DNA of 64,000 bases. It comes from an uncultured Acidobacteriota bacterium (lineage in GTDB: Bacteria > Acidobacteriota > Terriglobia > Versatilivoradales > Versatilivoraceae). Of the stretch, positions 28,909 through 40,370 are shown one piece after another. The DNA is taken from contig CAYWYX010000001.1 in assembly GCA_964462735.1 (NCBI GenBank), forward strand, positions 4,539 to 68,538. Direction: 5' to 3'. A program made the position numbers and the translations under genes. How positions within the stretch are numbered: the first letter of the stretch is position 1; each line of letters opens with the position of its first letter. The notes beneath the pieces are model-generated. The model was not told the DNA's origin, did no database searches, and saw only the letters and a list, made by a program, of their open reading frames with translations.

Positions 28909-30699
28909 TCAATGAAAAGGCCAGATTATGGGTATTAATAAAGTAGTGATTACCCAGTTTAGAAGACTGAGAACCAAACCTGCCCTGAGATAATCTTTAA
29001 ATCGGTAACCTCCCGGACCATATACCATCGTATTCGTCTGATATCCGATGGGGGTCAGGAAGCTACAGGATGCAGCAAAGGCTATACAAAAGGCGAAAGG
29101 GCGTGGATCCCAGGTACCTTGACTTGCAATTGAGATAGCAATAGGTGTTAAAAGAGTAGCGGTGGCATTATTAGAGATAAATGCACTTAGGGTCATTGTA
29201 ATGAGATATAGCCCGCCAAGTACGGCAGAAGGTCCAAAGGGCTTAAGCCACTGAAGAATACTGTCAGCAATTAAAATAGCTGTTCCTGTTTCTTCCATTG
29301 CTTTCCCCAGAGAAAGAGTGGCACCAATGAGAATTATAATTCTCCAATCTACTGCTTGATAGGCTTCTTGTGGGGTAAGACATCTAGTCAACACCATTAA
29401 GAGAGCTCCTGACATAGCTGCAACCATAAGAGGGTGAGGAAGAGGTAGAAGATTAGTGGTGGCCACAAAGATTACTCCTACAAAGATACAAATTGAAATA
29501 GGTGTTTTACTCAGTTTAAAATTATGTTTGTCCGCTTTGTCTATAACGATCAAAAAATCTTGATTTTGCCTTAAGTTATTAAGGATGTTCTTCCGTACCA
29601 ACATCAGCAATAAATCCCCTGCACGTAAACGTACTCTACCTAGTTTTTCTAGAATAGGGCCTCCGTGACGCCTAATTGCCAAGGTAGTGGCTTGGAATCG
29701 TTGTTGAAAATTGAGTTCCTCTAGGGTTTTGCCTGCTAGACTGGATTCACTTGAAACAACAGCCTCTGCTAAGAGAACATCGTCTGATTGAAGATCAGCA
29801 TCACCGAGCTTAACTTCAGGTAAGATACCCACTCCTTCAGAATCGCGAAGTTTTAAAATGTTTGGTAAACCACCTTTAACAATAAGAATGTCATTTACTT
29901 TGAGATGAATTTCGTCTAGTAGTATTTGGAATTTGTCTTCTCCCCTTCTAATTTCAAGGACTTCAATGTCGAGGGTATCATTAAAATTTGTCTCTTTAAG
30001 AGTTTTGTTTATTAACTGAGAATTCTTTTGAATTACTAATTCAGTTAGATAATCTCTTAATAAATACGAGTCAGTCAAACTAGTCTTGTCAGGTCTACTA
30101 GGAAGAGAGTACTGCCCGATAGTGAGCATGTACAAGCCACCCACTACTAACAACAATGCCCCCAAACTGGTGAACTCAAACATATGAAAGGTTTCTGAAG
30201 TATGACTAGTAAAAATTGATCCCACAATGATGTTTGTAGAGCTACCTATATAAGTACAAACTCCACCCATAATTGCTGCATAGGACAAAGGAATAAGTAG
30301 CTTAGAGGATCGTAGTTTCTTCTCTCTAGCAATACCAAGTATCATAGGTAGGAAAATAGCCACTGCTGCTGTATTACTGATGAAAGCAGAGAAAATTGCA
30401 ATCATAGGGATGATTATAGATAGGAGTCGTCCTTCAGATGACCCTCCAACTTTGGAAAGACTATTTCCTAGTTTAAATACAACCCCTGTTCTGATTAGTC
30501 CATGTCCCAGAATGAGCATCGCTGCAACTGTAATTGGAGCTGGATTACTAAAACCACCTAGAGCTTCCGTTGGACTCAATACCTGCGTCACTATTAAGAG
30601 GCCCACAGCTGAGAGAGCTGTAATTTCGATTGGGATGATCTCAGTAAAGAAGAGAACAAGCGTTATCAATAAAACTGCACAAACTATTAGAACTTCCAC
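28909..30699 (-). CDS. SLC13/DASS-family anion permease with two central TrkA-C regulatory domains
   Basis: Polytopic, 596 aa. Duplicated transporter halves flank two TrkA_C-like soluble domains (…ILIVKGG…, …LLLMLVRK…). Confidence 0.8.
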   Translation of the reverse strand: MEVLIVCAVLLITLVLFFTEIIPIEITALSAVGLLIVTQVLSPTEALGGFSNPAPITVAAMLILGHGLIRTGVVFKLGNSLSKVGGSSEGRLLSIIIPMIAIFSAFISNTAAVAIFLPMILGIAREKKLRSSKLLIPLSYAAIMGGVCTYIGSSTNIIVGSIFTSHTSETFHMFEFTSLGALLLVVGGLYMLTIGQYSLPSRPDKTSLTDSYLLRDYLTELVIQKNSQLINKTLKETNFNDTLDIEVLEIRRGEDKFQILLDEIHLKVNDILIVKGGLPNILKLRDSEGVGILPEVKLGDADLQSDDVLLAEAVVSSESSLAGKTLEELNFQQRFQATTLAIRRHGGPILEKLGRVRLRAGDLLLMLVRKNILNNLRQNQDFLIVIDKADKHNFKLSKTPISICIFVGVIFVATTNLLPLPHPLMVAAMSGALLMVLTRCLTPQEAYQAVDWRIIILIGATLSLGKAMEETGTAILIADSILQWLKPFGPSAVLGGLYLITMTLSAFISNNATATLLTPIAISIASQGTWDPRPFAFCIAFAASCSFLTPIGYQTNTMVYGPGGYRFKDYLRAGLVLSLLNWVITTLLIPIIWPFH

Positions 30700-31233
30700 T
30701 TAAGACTGCCTTTCAAAGGTTATTGATTAATCATCTTGGAATATTGTTGATTTATTTAGTTTTACAAAAATTAGAGCTAACTAAATTGTACTTTAATTAT
30801 ATTGTGACTAATTATCGTTTCAATTCTTAATACCTTACAACGTTACTTCAGTACATTTAATTCTAAAGTTAAGCCTATCTCCAAGCCTCGATAGAAGTTT
30901 GTAATTACTTTTTTCCCCGATTAAAGGGGTTTGCGGTTTATTCAAATGAGCAGTACAGTAAAATTAGTAATTCAATTCAGGACTCTCTTAAAAACCTCCT
31001 AATGCCTAAAGCTAGAATTGATTTAGCTGGAGTTTATTCAAATTGGGTCATAGGTGAAGCATTGGAGGTAAATGGGCTTTCAATTTTTGAGCAAATCGGC
31101 TGGAAAAAATATTTTTACCCCCATGATTGGGGTAGCCAATGGTTTTTTTATGAACTAGCTTTATTTATGAAGTAAGACTGGAACTTAAACAAAGCTACTC
31201 ACTTCCAGAAACAAGCATTATAATGCCATTACG

Positions 31234-32106
31234 ATGAATAAATTACTACTTTCTATTTTGGGAGTCTTCACCTTTGGTGTGATAAATCTTATTGGGGAAG
31301 AAGGTGGAATAATCTCTAGTAAGATGCCCAGTCTTTTGCAAAGGGTTATTTCAAAACAACTGAACAATAATAAGTTATGGTACAGATACATTTGTGAGGA
31401 ACGAGAGATCATTGATAAATTAACTAATTCAGGAAAGGTTGTGAATTCAGAGTCTGAAACCTATACGTGGATTCATACAAAGTTACAATCCTTTAGTAAG
31501 TTAATTGCAATTAATGGGGCACGGTATGACAATAGGTTTTTAGAGGCACAAGACAAGAAAATTAATCAATTAATTGCTAATGTTGAAGCAATGTCTGAAC
31601 AAAAACAAAATAAATTGTTCCATGGAACTCAACTAAAAAGGGAAAGAGGCGTGCTGCCCACATTGTTTAAAAATTTTCTAATGGCATTTATTTTTTCGCA
31701 TCAGGGTGAACAGGAAATAAATGGCATAAAGACACTGGTTATAGGATTTTCCCCTCAAGATAGCTTTAAAACTTCTAGTCGAGAAAGTTTGTTTCTGACT
31801 AAAATGGAAGGGCAGCTTTGGGTTACAAAACAAACCAATCAGATAATTCGCTTTACTGCTATTTTAAATGACGATGTTCAATACCTAGCGGGGATTCTTG
31901 GTAGTATAAAAAAAGGTGCTACTATCACCTTCGAGCAAGCTAATATTGGTAATGGGCTTTGGTTCCCAACATTTAAAACATTAACTTATCGTAAGGACAT
32001 AATTTTTAAAAGTTCTCATTTAAGAAGGACTAACCTATATCGGAATTATCGTTTAAACCCACTATTTAAAAAGCAAAGTCTTGTTCAAGTAGAGAACCTT
32101 CAGTAG
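31234..32106 (+). CDS. Hypothetical secreted protein
   Basis: N-terminal signal/TM (LLLSILGVFTFGVINLIG). No recognisable catalytic motif. Confidence 0.4.
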   Translation: MNKLLLSILGVFTFGVINLIGEEGGIISSKMPSLLQRVISKQLNNNKLWYRYICEEREIIDKLTNSGKVVNSESETYTWIHTKLQSFSKLIAINGARYDNRFLEAQDKKINQLIANVEAMSEQKQNKLFHGTQLKRERGVLPTLFKNFLMAFIFSHQGEQEINGIKTLVIGFSPQDSFKTSSRESLFLTKMEGQLWVTKQTNQIIRFTAILNDDVQYLAGILGSIKKGATITFEQANIGNGLWFPTFKTLTYRKDIIFKSSHLRRTNLYRNYRLNPLFKKQSLVQVENLQ

Positions 32107-32332
32107 GAAGTGGCCCGTTATTTACCTTTTTATCAAGTAGTAGGTCTGTGAGGTTTTTCTATCAGTTAGGGTCAAAGAACTTAGGGTTAAAGATATCGGG
32201 TTATTAACAGTCTGAACGGGAGCCAAATGTCTAATTGTAGAATGAGTTTGACTCTTGACACTTGTCTGAACAACCACATATTCTTCTAGCAGAGAATCGT
32301 ATTAAAAGATGACTAACCTATGAGGAGAGATA

Positions 32333-35029
32333 GTGAGGCATAATTTATTCAATTCATTTCAAACTTTTGAACTTGGGAATGGAAAGATAGGCAATTTTTA
32401 TTCGCTACCACAGTTGGAGAAGATAGGAATTGGGCCCATTTCAAGACTGCCCTTGAGTATTCGTATTGTTTTAGAATCAGTACTTCGTAATGTAGATGGC
32501 AGAAGAATTCAGGAACAAGATGTACATGACCTTGCTAACTGGAAACCGCGTAGTGATCGTACTAAAGAAATCCCTTTTCTTGTAGCAAGAATTGTACTTC
32601 AAGATTTTACCGGTGTTCCCTTGTTAGTTGATTTAGCAGCAATGAGATCTGCTGTTTCCCGACTTGGTCATAAGGTGAAACTTATCGAGCCATTAGTACC
32701 GGTTGATTTGGTGGTTGACCACTCTATTCAGGTAGACCACTCTGGAAATAGTGAAGCACTTCAACTTAATATGGAAATGGAATTCCTTCGAAATTCAGCT
32801 CGTTATCAGTTTCTAAAGTGGGGTATGCAGGCTTTTGACCAATTTAAAGTTATTCCTCCTGGTATTGGTATTGTTCATCAGGTTAACCTCGAGTATTTGG
32901 CCAAAGGGGTTCTGAATCAGCAGGAGGTCTATTATCCAGACACCTTAGTTGGAACTGATTCACATACTACAATGATTAATGGTCTTGGTATTTTAGGTTG
33001 GGGTGTTGGTGGCATTGAGGCAGAAGCAGGAATGTTGGGTCAGCCCGTTTACTTTCTAACACCTGATGTAGTTGGGGTTAACTTGAAAGGTCGTTTGGGA
33101 GAAGGTTTGACTGCCACAGATTTAGTGCTTCGATGTACTGAAATCCTTCGTAAGGCTAATGTAGTAGGAAAGTTTGTGGAGTATTTTGGAGAAGGAGTTG
33201 TGGATTTACCAGTCACTGATCGAGCGACAATCGCCAATATGGCTCCTGAGTATGGAGCAACAATAGGGTTTTTCCCAATCGATAAGAAGACCTGTGATTA
33301 TCTTGAAGCGACTGGAAGACATCCCCAACAGGTTGAGATTTTTCGCAACTACTTTAAAGCACAAGGACTTTTTGGAGTTCCCAGTTTAGGAGACTGTGAT
33401 TATAGTGAGATTTTAGAAATTGATTTGGAAGAAATTAGACCTTCAGTTGCTGGTCCAAAACGCCCTCAGGATCGCCTTGAATTAACCCAGCTTAAGCCTC
33501 GTTTTTTGGAACTGTTGGAAAAACCGGTTGAGGAAAATGGATTCGGTTTGGGATCTAATGGATTTAAAAATCGTTCCACAACAGATGTTTCTTTTAACGG
33601 TGGGGAAATTAGTAATGGGAGTGTTGTGATTGCAGCTATTACCTCGTGTACAAATACTTCAAACCCTGGGGTTATGCTAGCTGCTGGATTACTAGCAAAA
33701 AAGGCTGTGGAAAAAGGATTAAAAGTTTGTTCAACAGTTAAGACCTCATTAGCTCCAGGGTCACGAGTAGTGTCAAACTATTTAGAGAAAACAGGATTAC
33801 AGACCTATTTAGATCAACTGGGGTTCAACGTAGTTGGTTATGGATGTACAACATGCATCGGCAACTCAGGACCCCTCGAACCAAATCTTGAGGAGAGAAT
33901 AATAAAAAACGATTTAGTTGTAGCTAGTGTTTTAAGTGGCAACCGTAATTTCGAGGCCAGGGTACATCCCAATATAAAAGCTAATTTCTTAATGAGTCCC
34001 CCGTTGGTTGTAGCTTTTGCATTGGCTGGTCGGATTGATGTTGATCTTACCCTTGATCCAATTCAGCAGGGCAAATATGGAGAGAATGTTTACCTTAAGG
34101 ACCTGTGGCCTACTTTGAAAGAGATCAGTGAGTTGATGGATACAGCATTTGAACCTGAAACCTTTCGGGATTTGTACAGTCAGCTTGAAGGAAAAAATAC
34201 TAGGTGGGAAGACATCAATAGTAGTAAAGGTGATCTTTTCGATTGGGATTCCAAATCAGATTATATACAAGAGCCTCCTTTTTTCGATGATTTTTCAATT
34301 GGTATTGAACAGCCAAAGGATATTTTCAGTGCTCGCCCATTGGCAATTTTTGGAGATTCAGTTACAACTGATCACATAAGTCCTGCAGGAGCTATTAGTC
34401 AGACATCACCGGCAGGGAAATACTTGCTGGAGAGAGGTATTTCCAGTGAAGATTTCAATAGCTATGGTTCACGTCGTGGAAATGATAGTGTCATGACAAG
34501 GGGAACTTTCGCTAATGTTAGGATAAAAAATCTTATGATGCGAGGTCTTGAGGGTGGTCTAACCCAACATCAACCTTCTGGCACTAAATTGACTATTTAT
34601 GAAGCTTCTCTTAGATATAGAGACGAAGAGACACCACTTATTGTCTTTGGTGGTAAGGAATATGGTACTGGAAGCTCACGTGATTGGGCTGCCAAGGGAA
34701 CTAGACTTTTAGGAGTTAAGGCTGTCATATGTGAGAGCTTCGAACGGATCCACCGAAGTAATCTTGTGGGAATGGGGATTTTGCCTTGCGAATTTTTACT
34801 TGGAACTAATGTGGATTCTCTACACCTAAATGGTACTGAAATATTTGATATTATTGGGCTTGAGCAGGGTGTCTGCCCCCAACAAAGGTTAACTTTAGTC
34901 ATCCATCGACAAAATGGAGATAACGAACACGTCATTTTGACTGCCCGGCTGGATACCCCTGTAGAAGTAGATTATTATCGAAATGATGGTATCTTACCTT
35001 ATGTTCTTCGGGGCTTATTGAAATCCTAG
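32333..35029 (+). CDS. acnA: Aconitate hydratase A
   Basis: 898 aa. Aconitase Fe-S ligand regions ([20 protein letters not shown]) and the C-terminal swivel domain. GTG start with a GGAGAG RBS. Confidence 0.9.
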   Translation: MRHNLFNSFQTFELGNGKIGNFYSLPQLEKIGIGPISRLPLSIRIVLESVLRNVDGRRIQEQDVHDLANWKPRSDRTKEIPFLVARIVLQDFTGVPLLVDLAAMRSAVSRLGHKVKLIEPLVPVDLVVDHSIQVDHSGNSEALQLNMEMEFLRNSARYQFLKWGMQAFDQFKVIPPGIGIVHQVNLEYLAKGVLNQQEVYYPDTLVGTDSHTTMINGLGILGWGVGGIEAEAGMLGQPVYFLTPDVVGVNLKGRLGEGLTATDLVLRCTEILRKANVVGKFVEYFGEGVVDLPVTDRATIANMAPEYGATIGFFPIDKKTCDYLEATGRHPQQVEIFRNYFKAQGLFGVPSLGDCDYSEILEIDLEEIRPSVAGPKRPQDRLELTQLKPRFLELLEKPVEENGFGLGSNGFKNRSTTDVSFNGGEISNGSVVIAAITSCTNTSNPGVMLAAGLLAKKAVEKGLKVCSTVKTSLAPGSRVVSNYLEKTGLQTYLDQLGFNVVGYGCTTCIGNSGPLEPNLEERIIKNDLVVASVLSGNRNFEARVHPNIKANFLMSPPLVVAFALAGRIDVDLTLDPIQQGKYGENVYLKDLWPTLKEISELMDTAFEPETFRDLYSQLEGKNTRWEDINSSKGDLFDWDSKSDYIQEPPFFDDFSIGIEQPKDIFSARPLAIFGDSVTTDHISPAGAISQTSPAGKYLLERGISSEDFNSYGSRRGNDSVMTRGTFANVRIKNLMMRGLEGGLTQHQPSGTKLTIYEASLRYRDEETPLIVFGGKEYGTGSSRDWAAKGTRLLGVKAVICESFERIHRSNLVGMGILPCEFLLGTNVDSLHLNGTEIFDIIGLEQGVCPQQRLTLVIHRQNGDNEHVILTARLDTPVEVDYYRNDGILPYVLRGLLKS

Positions 35030-35288
35030 TTTGAATTCAACTACTAAATTCCTTAAGTTGACATGGAGATTAGGGTTTCTTAAGTATGATTATTCCCAAA
35101 ACCCAAGTACTTTAAACAGATCTGCTGTTAATTTTTTAACTAGCATAAGTGTAGTTAGATCATTAATGCCAAGATTTAAAGTAGAACAAGGAAAAATACA
35201 ACATTAAAAAGTGTTATTTCCCTGAATAATTAGATGATCGTAATTATTTAAAAAAATAAATATTTTAATTTATAGAAATTTTGGTTAC

Positions 35289-36005
35289 CTATTTTGAAGA
35301 AGACAGTCTTTGTTGTATTCGATCATAGTCTGGGGGAACTTTCATTCTAAAGATTTTTTCAGAAAGTTTGGGGTTAATCTTAATGTTGGTCAAAGAGGTT
35401 GTTAAATGGTCTTGACTAGCTTCAATTAATTGAATTTTGATGGGAATCCAATCCTGATGATCAATCCACAAGTTAATTTTTGAAAACATGGACTTAATTT
35501 TTTCTGATTTTGGAAGTAGTTCAAGGAGAGAAGTCAATTTCTCTTTAATAACCTCTTCTCTGATTAGGGTAACGTAATAGTCTTTCTGAATTTCCTTGGT
35601 TGATTGGCCAAACCAAAAAAGTTGAAATGCAGAACTGTTTCCCATATTTTTAGTATCAAATTCTTGGTAACGTTTGATAGTAGGTTCAAGAATTCGAATC
35701 CTGCTTTTTTCCAATAATAACGTCCTTTTAAGGGGATGTTCATATTCTAGTTTTAATGCTCTTTTATTACTATGGTTCTTGAAAAAGAGCCTGCCACTTT
35801 TTTCTGAAATATCATTTACTATTACGGTCACTTTCGTCTGTTTGATGTCAGCACTAATTGCCTTTAGTGCACTAGAGGCACGGTCCATTTGAGTTAAAAC
35901 CTGCTTTGTTGCAGGAGATATTTTAGCTTGACCCACTAAATTGACTGATGTCCCAAAACAGATTATCAGAAGAGACAAGGACTGTTGGAGGAGTCTCCTA
36001 TTCAT
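35289..36005 (-). CDS. Hypothetical periplasmic protein, LolA-like lipoprotein-carrier fold (tentative)
   Basis: Signal peptide. Size and pattern resemble LolA/LppX-type proteins. Last gene of an ABC/FtsX cluster. Confidence 0.4.
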   Translation of the reverse strand: MNRRLLQQSLSLLIICFGTSVNLVGQAKISPATKQVLTQMDRASSALKAISADIKQTKVTVIVNDISEKSGRLFFKNHSNKRALKLEYEHPLKRTLLLEKSRIRILEPTIKRYQEFDTKNMGNSSAFQLFWFGQSTKEIQKDYYVTLIREEVIKEKLTSLLELLPKSEKIKSMFSKINLWIDHQDWIPIKIQLIEASQDHLTTSLTNIKINPKLSEKIFRMKVPPDYDRIQQRLSSSK

Positions 36006-36054
36006 AATTTAATCTCTTGGCGCGTTCCACACTAATTTGTCAAATGACCTATCT

Positions 36055-36471
36055 TTATTTTATCCACACTAAGTAAGTAATCGTTTTTCCATTTTCATCT
36101 GTGACAGGTTCAACATTGGAGATAACAATTGATTTTTTTAAAACTTTTTCGACATGATCTTGAATGGACTTTTTTAAGGAATTGTTGTCTTGGTTTACTG
36201 AAAGTAATTCTGAATTAATGCTTAGTAATGAGTTTTCTTCTGCATCATGAATCCAATGTATTCCTTCTTTACTATCGTTCAATTTTTGATCAAGACCTGG
36301 GTTGTCGTAAAAAAAATTAGCTGGAATAAGAAAGATAAACATTAAAATAGTCAGGCACATTATGTCGTAGGGTAGAGTTCCCCTGTCATAAGACCAAAAA
36401 AGTATCCTGTATGCTTTTTGAAAAAGCTGACTGGTTAACTTTAATTTGTTGTCACTGGTCCGGCTAGTCAT
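36055..36471 (-). CDS. Hypothetical single-pass membrane protein
   Basis: One TM helix (CLTILMFIFLIPANFF). Lies between the ABC ATPase and the LolA-like gene. Confidence 0.35.
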   Translation of the reverse strand: MTSRTSDNKLKLTSQLFQKAYRILFWSYDRGTLPYDIMCLTILMFIFLIPANFFYDNPGLDQKLNDSKEGIHWIHDAEENSLLSINSELLSVNQDNNSLKKSIQDHVEKVLKKSIVISNVEPVTDENGKTITYLVWIK

Positions 36472-36538
36472 CTACTGTACTCCTAAAAGATTCTGAGATT
36501 CTCTTTGACAGAAACATTGTTTTACAAGTTACCATTCT

Positions 36539-37222
36539 CTAGGCGATATCAGGGGAGATAATTTTCCCATCTCTCATTTCAATTACGCGGTTAGCCATAG
36601 CAGCAGCTTCTGGATTATGAGTAATCATTAGGATTGTTTGATTAAAAGTTTGGTTTAATTCTTGCATCATATTCAAGACTGTTTTGGAACTGGAACTGTC
36701 TAGGTTGCCTGTTGGTTCATCAGCTAGCAGAATAGAAGGTTTATTTATAATCGCCCTGCCAATTGCCAAACGTTGCTGCTCTCCTCCAGACAATTCGGAA
36801 GGTTTATGATGGATTTTCTCTCCCAAACCTAATAATTCTAGAATTTGGTGAATATCTTCTTGGTCTGAATTGGTATTTCCATGAATTTCTTGGGCAATCT
36901 TTAAATTTGCCATCGCACTTAATGTAGGTAGTAAATTAAACCGTTGAAACACAAAACCAATTTTCCTTCGACGAATATCAGTTCGAACGGAGTCCTTGCC
37001 TGTGGAAATTTCCTCTCCGTCAATAAGCACTTGTCCACCCGTAGGAGTAGCAAGGCCTCCTAATAGGTGCAAAAGTGTAGACTTACCACATCCTGAGGGT
37101 CCCATTATTGCAATGAATTCTTCTTCGTTTACTTTTAATGAAAGTCCTCTGAGAGCAGGCACTTCGATTTTTCCACTTTTGAAGGTTTTTGTAAGATTGA
37201 TAGCTTGTAAAATTATTTTCAT
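36539..37222 (-). CDS. ABC transporter ATP-binding protein (LolD/MacB-type)
   Basis: Walker [10 protein letters not shown], signature LSGGEQQR, Walker [12 protein letters not shown]. Confidence 0.85.
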   Translation of the reverse strand: MKIILQAINLTKTFKSGKIEVPALRGLSLKVNEEEFIAIMGPSGCGKSTLLHLLGGLATPTGGQVLIDGEEISTGKDSVRTDIRRRKIGFVFQRFNLLPTLSAMANLKIAQEIHGNTNSDQEDIHQILELLGLGEKIHHKPSELSGGEQQRLAIGRAIINKPSILLADEPTGNLDSSSSKTVLNMMQELNQTFNQTILMITHNPEAAAMANRVIEMRDGKIISPDIA

Positions 37223-37329
37223 TAGAAATCAAGTTAGTTGTAGGCAGTATAATAGCTTAATAACCCAGTGAATTGGGAGTTCTAAAATTTATAGAAGAAG
37301 ATTGTCGTTTAACTGCCCTAAAGACTCAT

Positions 37330-38439
37330 TTAGTTATTGTAAGCAAGAGCCTCTAGCGGGTCTTGGCATCCAGCTCGAAACGCAGGGTAGAGAGCTCCAA
37401 GAGAAGCACTAAGTAAAGCTAGACAGCCAGTTCCCACAATCCATCCTATAGATAAATCATGATAAAGAGTTGGAGAAATAGCACTAAATAGTAGTCGTCC
37501 TGTAAAGGTTAATCCAATCCCAACTAGAAAACCAATTCCACCTAAAGTAAGGGCTTCCTTAAGGAAAACGAACGAAACATATAGCTGGTTTGCTCCTAAT
37601 GATCTTAAAATCCCAATTTCATGTGTTCTTTCAGTAACTGTAGTGTACATCGATAAAAATATAATGAAGAAGCCAATAAGAGTGGCAACTGATATTACCA
37701 ACTTTGTGAAAAATCTCAGCGGGCCAAAATCTTTGTTGGCATCTGTCATTTGAGCAATAAAGTCGTTCATATCAAATGTTGGGTAGGATTTTAAACTTTT
37801 ACTAAGTTTGGCGACTACAGAGGAAATTTTGTTATTAGCTCTACATTTTATTAACATTAAAGTAGCTTTACCAGGACTGCCTACCAGTGCTTGCATTTTT
37901 GTAATTGGGATAAACACCCTAGACCCTTTACCATTTTCAACAATGCCGCAAACTCGAAAGGAATGATTCATTAAAATTAGTTGATCTCCAATTTTGAGAT
38001 TGTTAGCACTTGCATATATATCATCTATGATAACGTCGTCTAGTTCCTTAAAATTGGAACCAGATAAAAAAATGAAACCTTGGCTTACCCGGTTGAAACT
38101 TTTTAGATCAATTCCCCAGATTAGTCCCATTCCACCGCTAGTATTAAACTGAAGAAAAATAGGTGTTACAGCATCTACTCCTTCTATATTTTGAATTAAT
38201 TTAGAGATTTTTACTGACATAGCTGCTGTACTGGCAGCAAGTAAAACGCTAGAGTTTGGAGGTTGGAGGGCAATATCAGCACCGACACCTGCCATTCTTT
38301 TACTTGTTTCCTCAATCATTCCGTGGGATAAGCCAACTATTAACAAAATTAGTGCTACTTCTAATCCAATTGCTAATGCTGTTGTCATTGACCTTAGAGG
38401 ACGGGAAAAAATATTTGAAAATACTAGGCCAGAACTCAA
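37330..38439 (-). CDS. ABC transporter permease, FtsX/MacB-PCD family (LolC/E-like)
   Basis: N-terminal TM, periplasmic MacB_PCD-like domain, and the C-terminal FtsX 3-TM bundle. Confidence 0.75.
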   Translation of the reverse strand: MSSGLVFSNIFSRPLRSMTTALAIGLEVALILLIVGLSHGMIEETSKRMAGVGADIALQPPNSSVLLAASTAAMSVKISKLIQNIEGVDAVTPIFLQFNTSGGMGLIWGIDLKSFNRVSQGFIFLSGSNFKELDDVIIDDIYASANNLKIGDQLILMNHSFRVCGIVENGKGSRVFIPITKMQALVGSPGKATLMLIKCRANNKISSVVAKLSKSLKSYPTFDMNDFIAQMTDANKDFGPLRFFTKLVISVATLIGFFIIFLSMYTTVTERTHEIGILRSLGANQLYVSFVFLKEALTLGGIGFLVGIGLTFTGRLLFSAISPTLYHDLSIGWIVGTGCLALLSASLGALYPAFRAGCQDPLEALAYNN

Positions 38440-38469
38440 TCTAAAACTCCTTTATTTAAGTAAGGTAAA

Positions 38470-39351
38470 TTAGATTTCCTTTGTAAGATCAATTTCCTTA
38501 GCACTCGGAAATTTGTCTAAAATGAACACTCTATTTTCTAGGAAACCATTGATTTGAATTGTCTCCGAATGGATTATTAGGGAATAGGAATCATTGGGTC
38601 TACGGATGTGAATTACCTTAGGATAAATCTGAGTATTCATCTTCTGAAAATCGTTGTATGCAATCTCGGTTTCTAGTTTTCCTTCATGGCTAAATTTTTT
38701 TTGTTTTGCAATATTGAGATTTAGTCGATTAAACCAAATCTTTCGCTTCAAACTAAGTCTTCCTTCCGATTGCCATTCATGCAAAGAAAGGACATAAAAT
38801 TTTTTTCTTCCTTCTTGATTTTCCTCCAGTGAAATGAGGGGGAAGGATTTTTTTTCAATTGGTAAAGGTGCAAGAGCCTCAAAAATATGCCGAGGTCGGA
38901 TGTTAACTGGCAGATCTTTTCGAGGAGCGATGACTTGATTATTTAGTCCCCGAATCAATTTATTCTTAGGGGGAACCACAATTAAAAACTGGGTTTTATC
39001 AGAGACCATATCAAGCACCTTCACTTGAAAAGCTTGTACAATAATTCGAATGTCAAAAGGTTTTCTGAGGATGATGAAACCCTCACTCTCACGCCATCGC
39101 TGGATCTCTCCTGCTTCAAGACTACCGCCAGTGAGTTCGTAAGAAACCTTTAATTGTAGAGTCTTAATAGATTTACTGAATTGATTAAATTTATTGATCA
39201 GATCTATTCGACTTGCTGTTTTAGCTGGGAAAGGGATCAGGGAATTAGGAACTCTTTCTATTTGCTTAGTTCGAAGAGAACTACAACTTATAATTACTAT
39301 CCAAAGGCAAGAGCTGCCTAAGATGATTAGAAAGAATCGAGAAAATTGCAA
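38470..39351 (-). CDS. Hypothetical lipoprotein (LolB/DUF4292-like, tentative)
   Basis: Signal peptide with lipobox VIISC. First gene of the FtsX/ABC/LolA-like cluster. Confidence 0.4.
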   Translation of the reverse strand: MQFSRFFLIILGSSCLWIVIISCSSLRTKQIERVPNSLIPFPAKTASRIDLINKFNQFSKSIKTLQLKVSYELTGGSLEAGEIQRWRESEGFIILRKPFDIRIIVQAFQVKVLDMVSDKTQFLIVVPPKNKLIRGLNNQVIAPRKDLPVNIRPRHIFEALAPLPIEKKSFPLISLEENQEGRKKFYVLSLHEWQSEGRLSLKRKIWFNRLNLNIAKQKKFSHEGKLETEIAYNDFQKMNTQIYPKVIHIRRPNDSYSLIIHSETIQINGFLENRVFILDKFPSAKEIDLTKEI

Positions 39352-39473
39352 TAGCTTTTCTAACCCGTTAAAAACAACTACGTTATCAGTTGGCCAGTCT
39401 AGTAGTCAACTCAATTAGAGATTAACTCCGGTATATGTTGGAGTTCAACCATTAATCTATAGGATCAAAAATT

Positions 39474-40136
39474 CTATGAATTAGTCTTTTGACGTAATGA
39501 ATGGTATTTTCTGTATAATAAGAATGTTAGTAAGGCCACTATGCCTAAGGCAAGAATTATCCAAGCAAAACTTAGATAATTATCTCTCAAGTGGTTAAGA
39601 GTTTTTTCTCCGTATTTAACTGCAAGATATCCTTCTAAAAAGTATCGAATGCTTCGTCCAAGAGCCACTGACAGAATAAATTTCCTAGGACTCATTTTTA
39701 AAACACCAGCACTAAGAACAAAGATTTTAAAGGGTGTTGGCGGGGGCAGGATTGCTGGAATCATAATGGAAAGAAATTCAAACCGCTGGTGCCAGCTGAT
39801 AACAGTTTTTAGATGTCGGGCAGCGTATTTTTTTTGAATTAAAACCTTACCACCCCTGTGTCCAACGTAAAAAAGAGCAAGACACCCTAAAACTGAACCT
39901 ATTGTAGTCATGGCGCAGTAATAGAACATAAGTTCTGGATTTTTTATCGAAAGACTTATAATTAGAATGTCACTAACTTCTGGGAGGGAAAGAAAGGAAG
40001 AATCAAAAAAGGCAATTAGTAGAAGTGCCCATCCTCCTAATGGATCGGTAAGTCCTAAAAAAAACTGTTGAATGTTAAGAGCGATTTGTTTCAATGGTTT
40101 ATACAGGGTAGATTCAGTTGCTGATAAACTATACAC
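39474..40136 (-). CDS. YqaA/DedA-superfamily membrane protein
   Basis: About 220 aa with 4-5 TM helices and a DedA-like core (ALLLIAFFDSSFLSLPEVSDILI). Confidence 0.6.
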   Translation of the reverse strand: MYSLSATESTLYKPLKQIALNIQQFFLGLTDPLGGWALLLIAFFDSSFLSLPEVSDILIISLSIKNPELMFYYCAMTTIGSVLGCLALFYVGHRGGKVLIQKKYAARHLKTVISWHQRFEFLSIMIPAILPPPTPFKIFVLSAGVLKMSPRKFILSVALGRSIRYFLEGYLAVKYGEKTLNHLRDNYLSFAWIILALGIVALLTFLLYRKYHSLRQKTNS

Positions 40137-40370
40137 TAAATCTAAACTTCATTTTAATGATGACTGTTCATTGAGTTAATTAAAAGCCTGTTGATCAACA
40201 AAAGATAAGTAATTCATTGCTGTAGTGTGTCCAGAATGTCAAAAGGACCTTGACAGAAGAATTTTTAAAAACTTTGTGCATTATCTTAGTTAGCCTGAAG
40301 ATTAATAATTTTTCAGGAGGATATTTTGCAATTTATTAGACTATTGCCTACTACATGAGGAGGCTAATTT

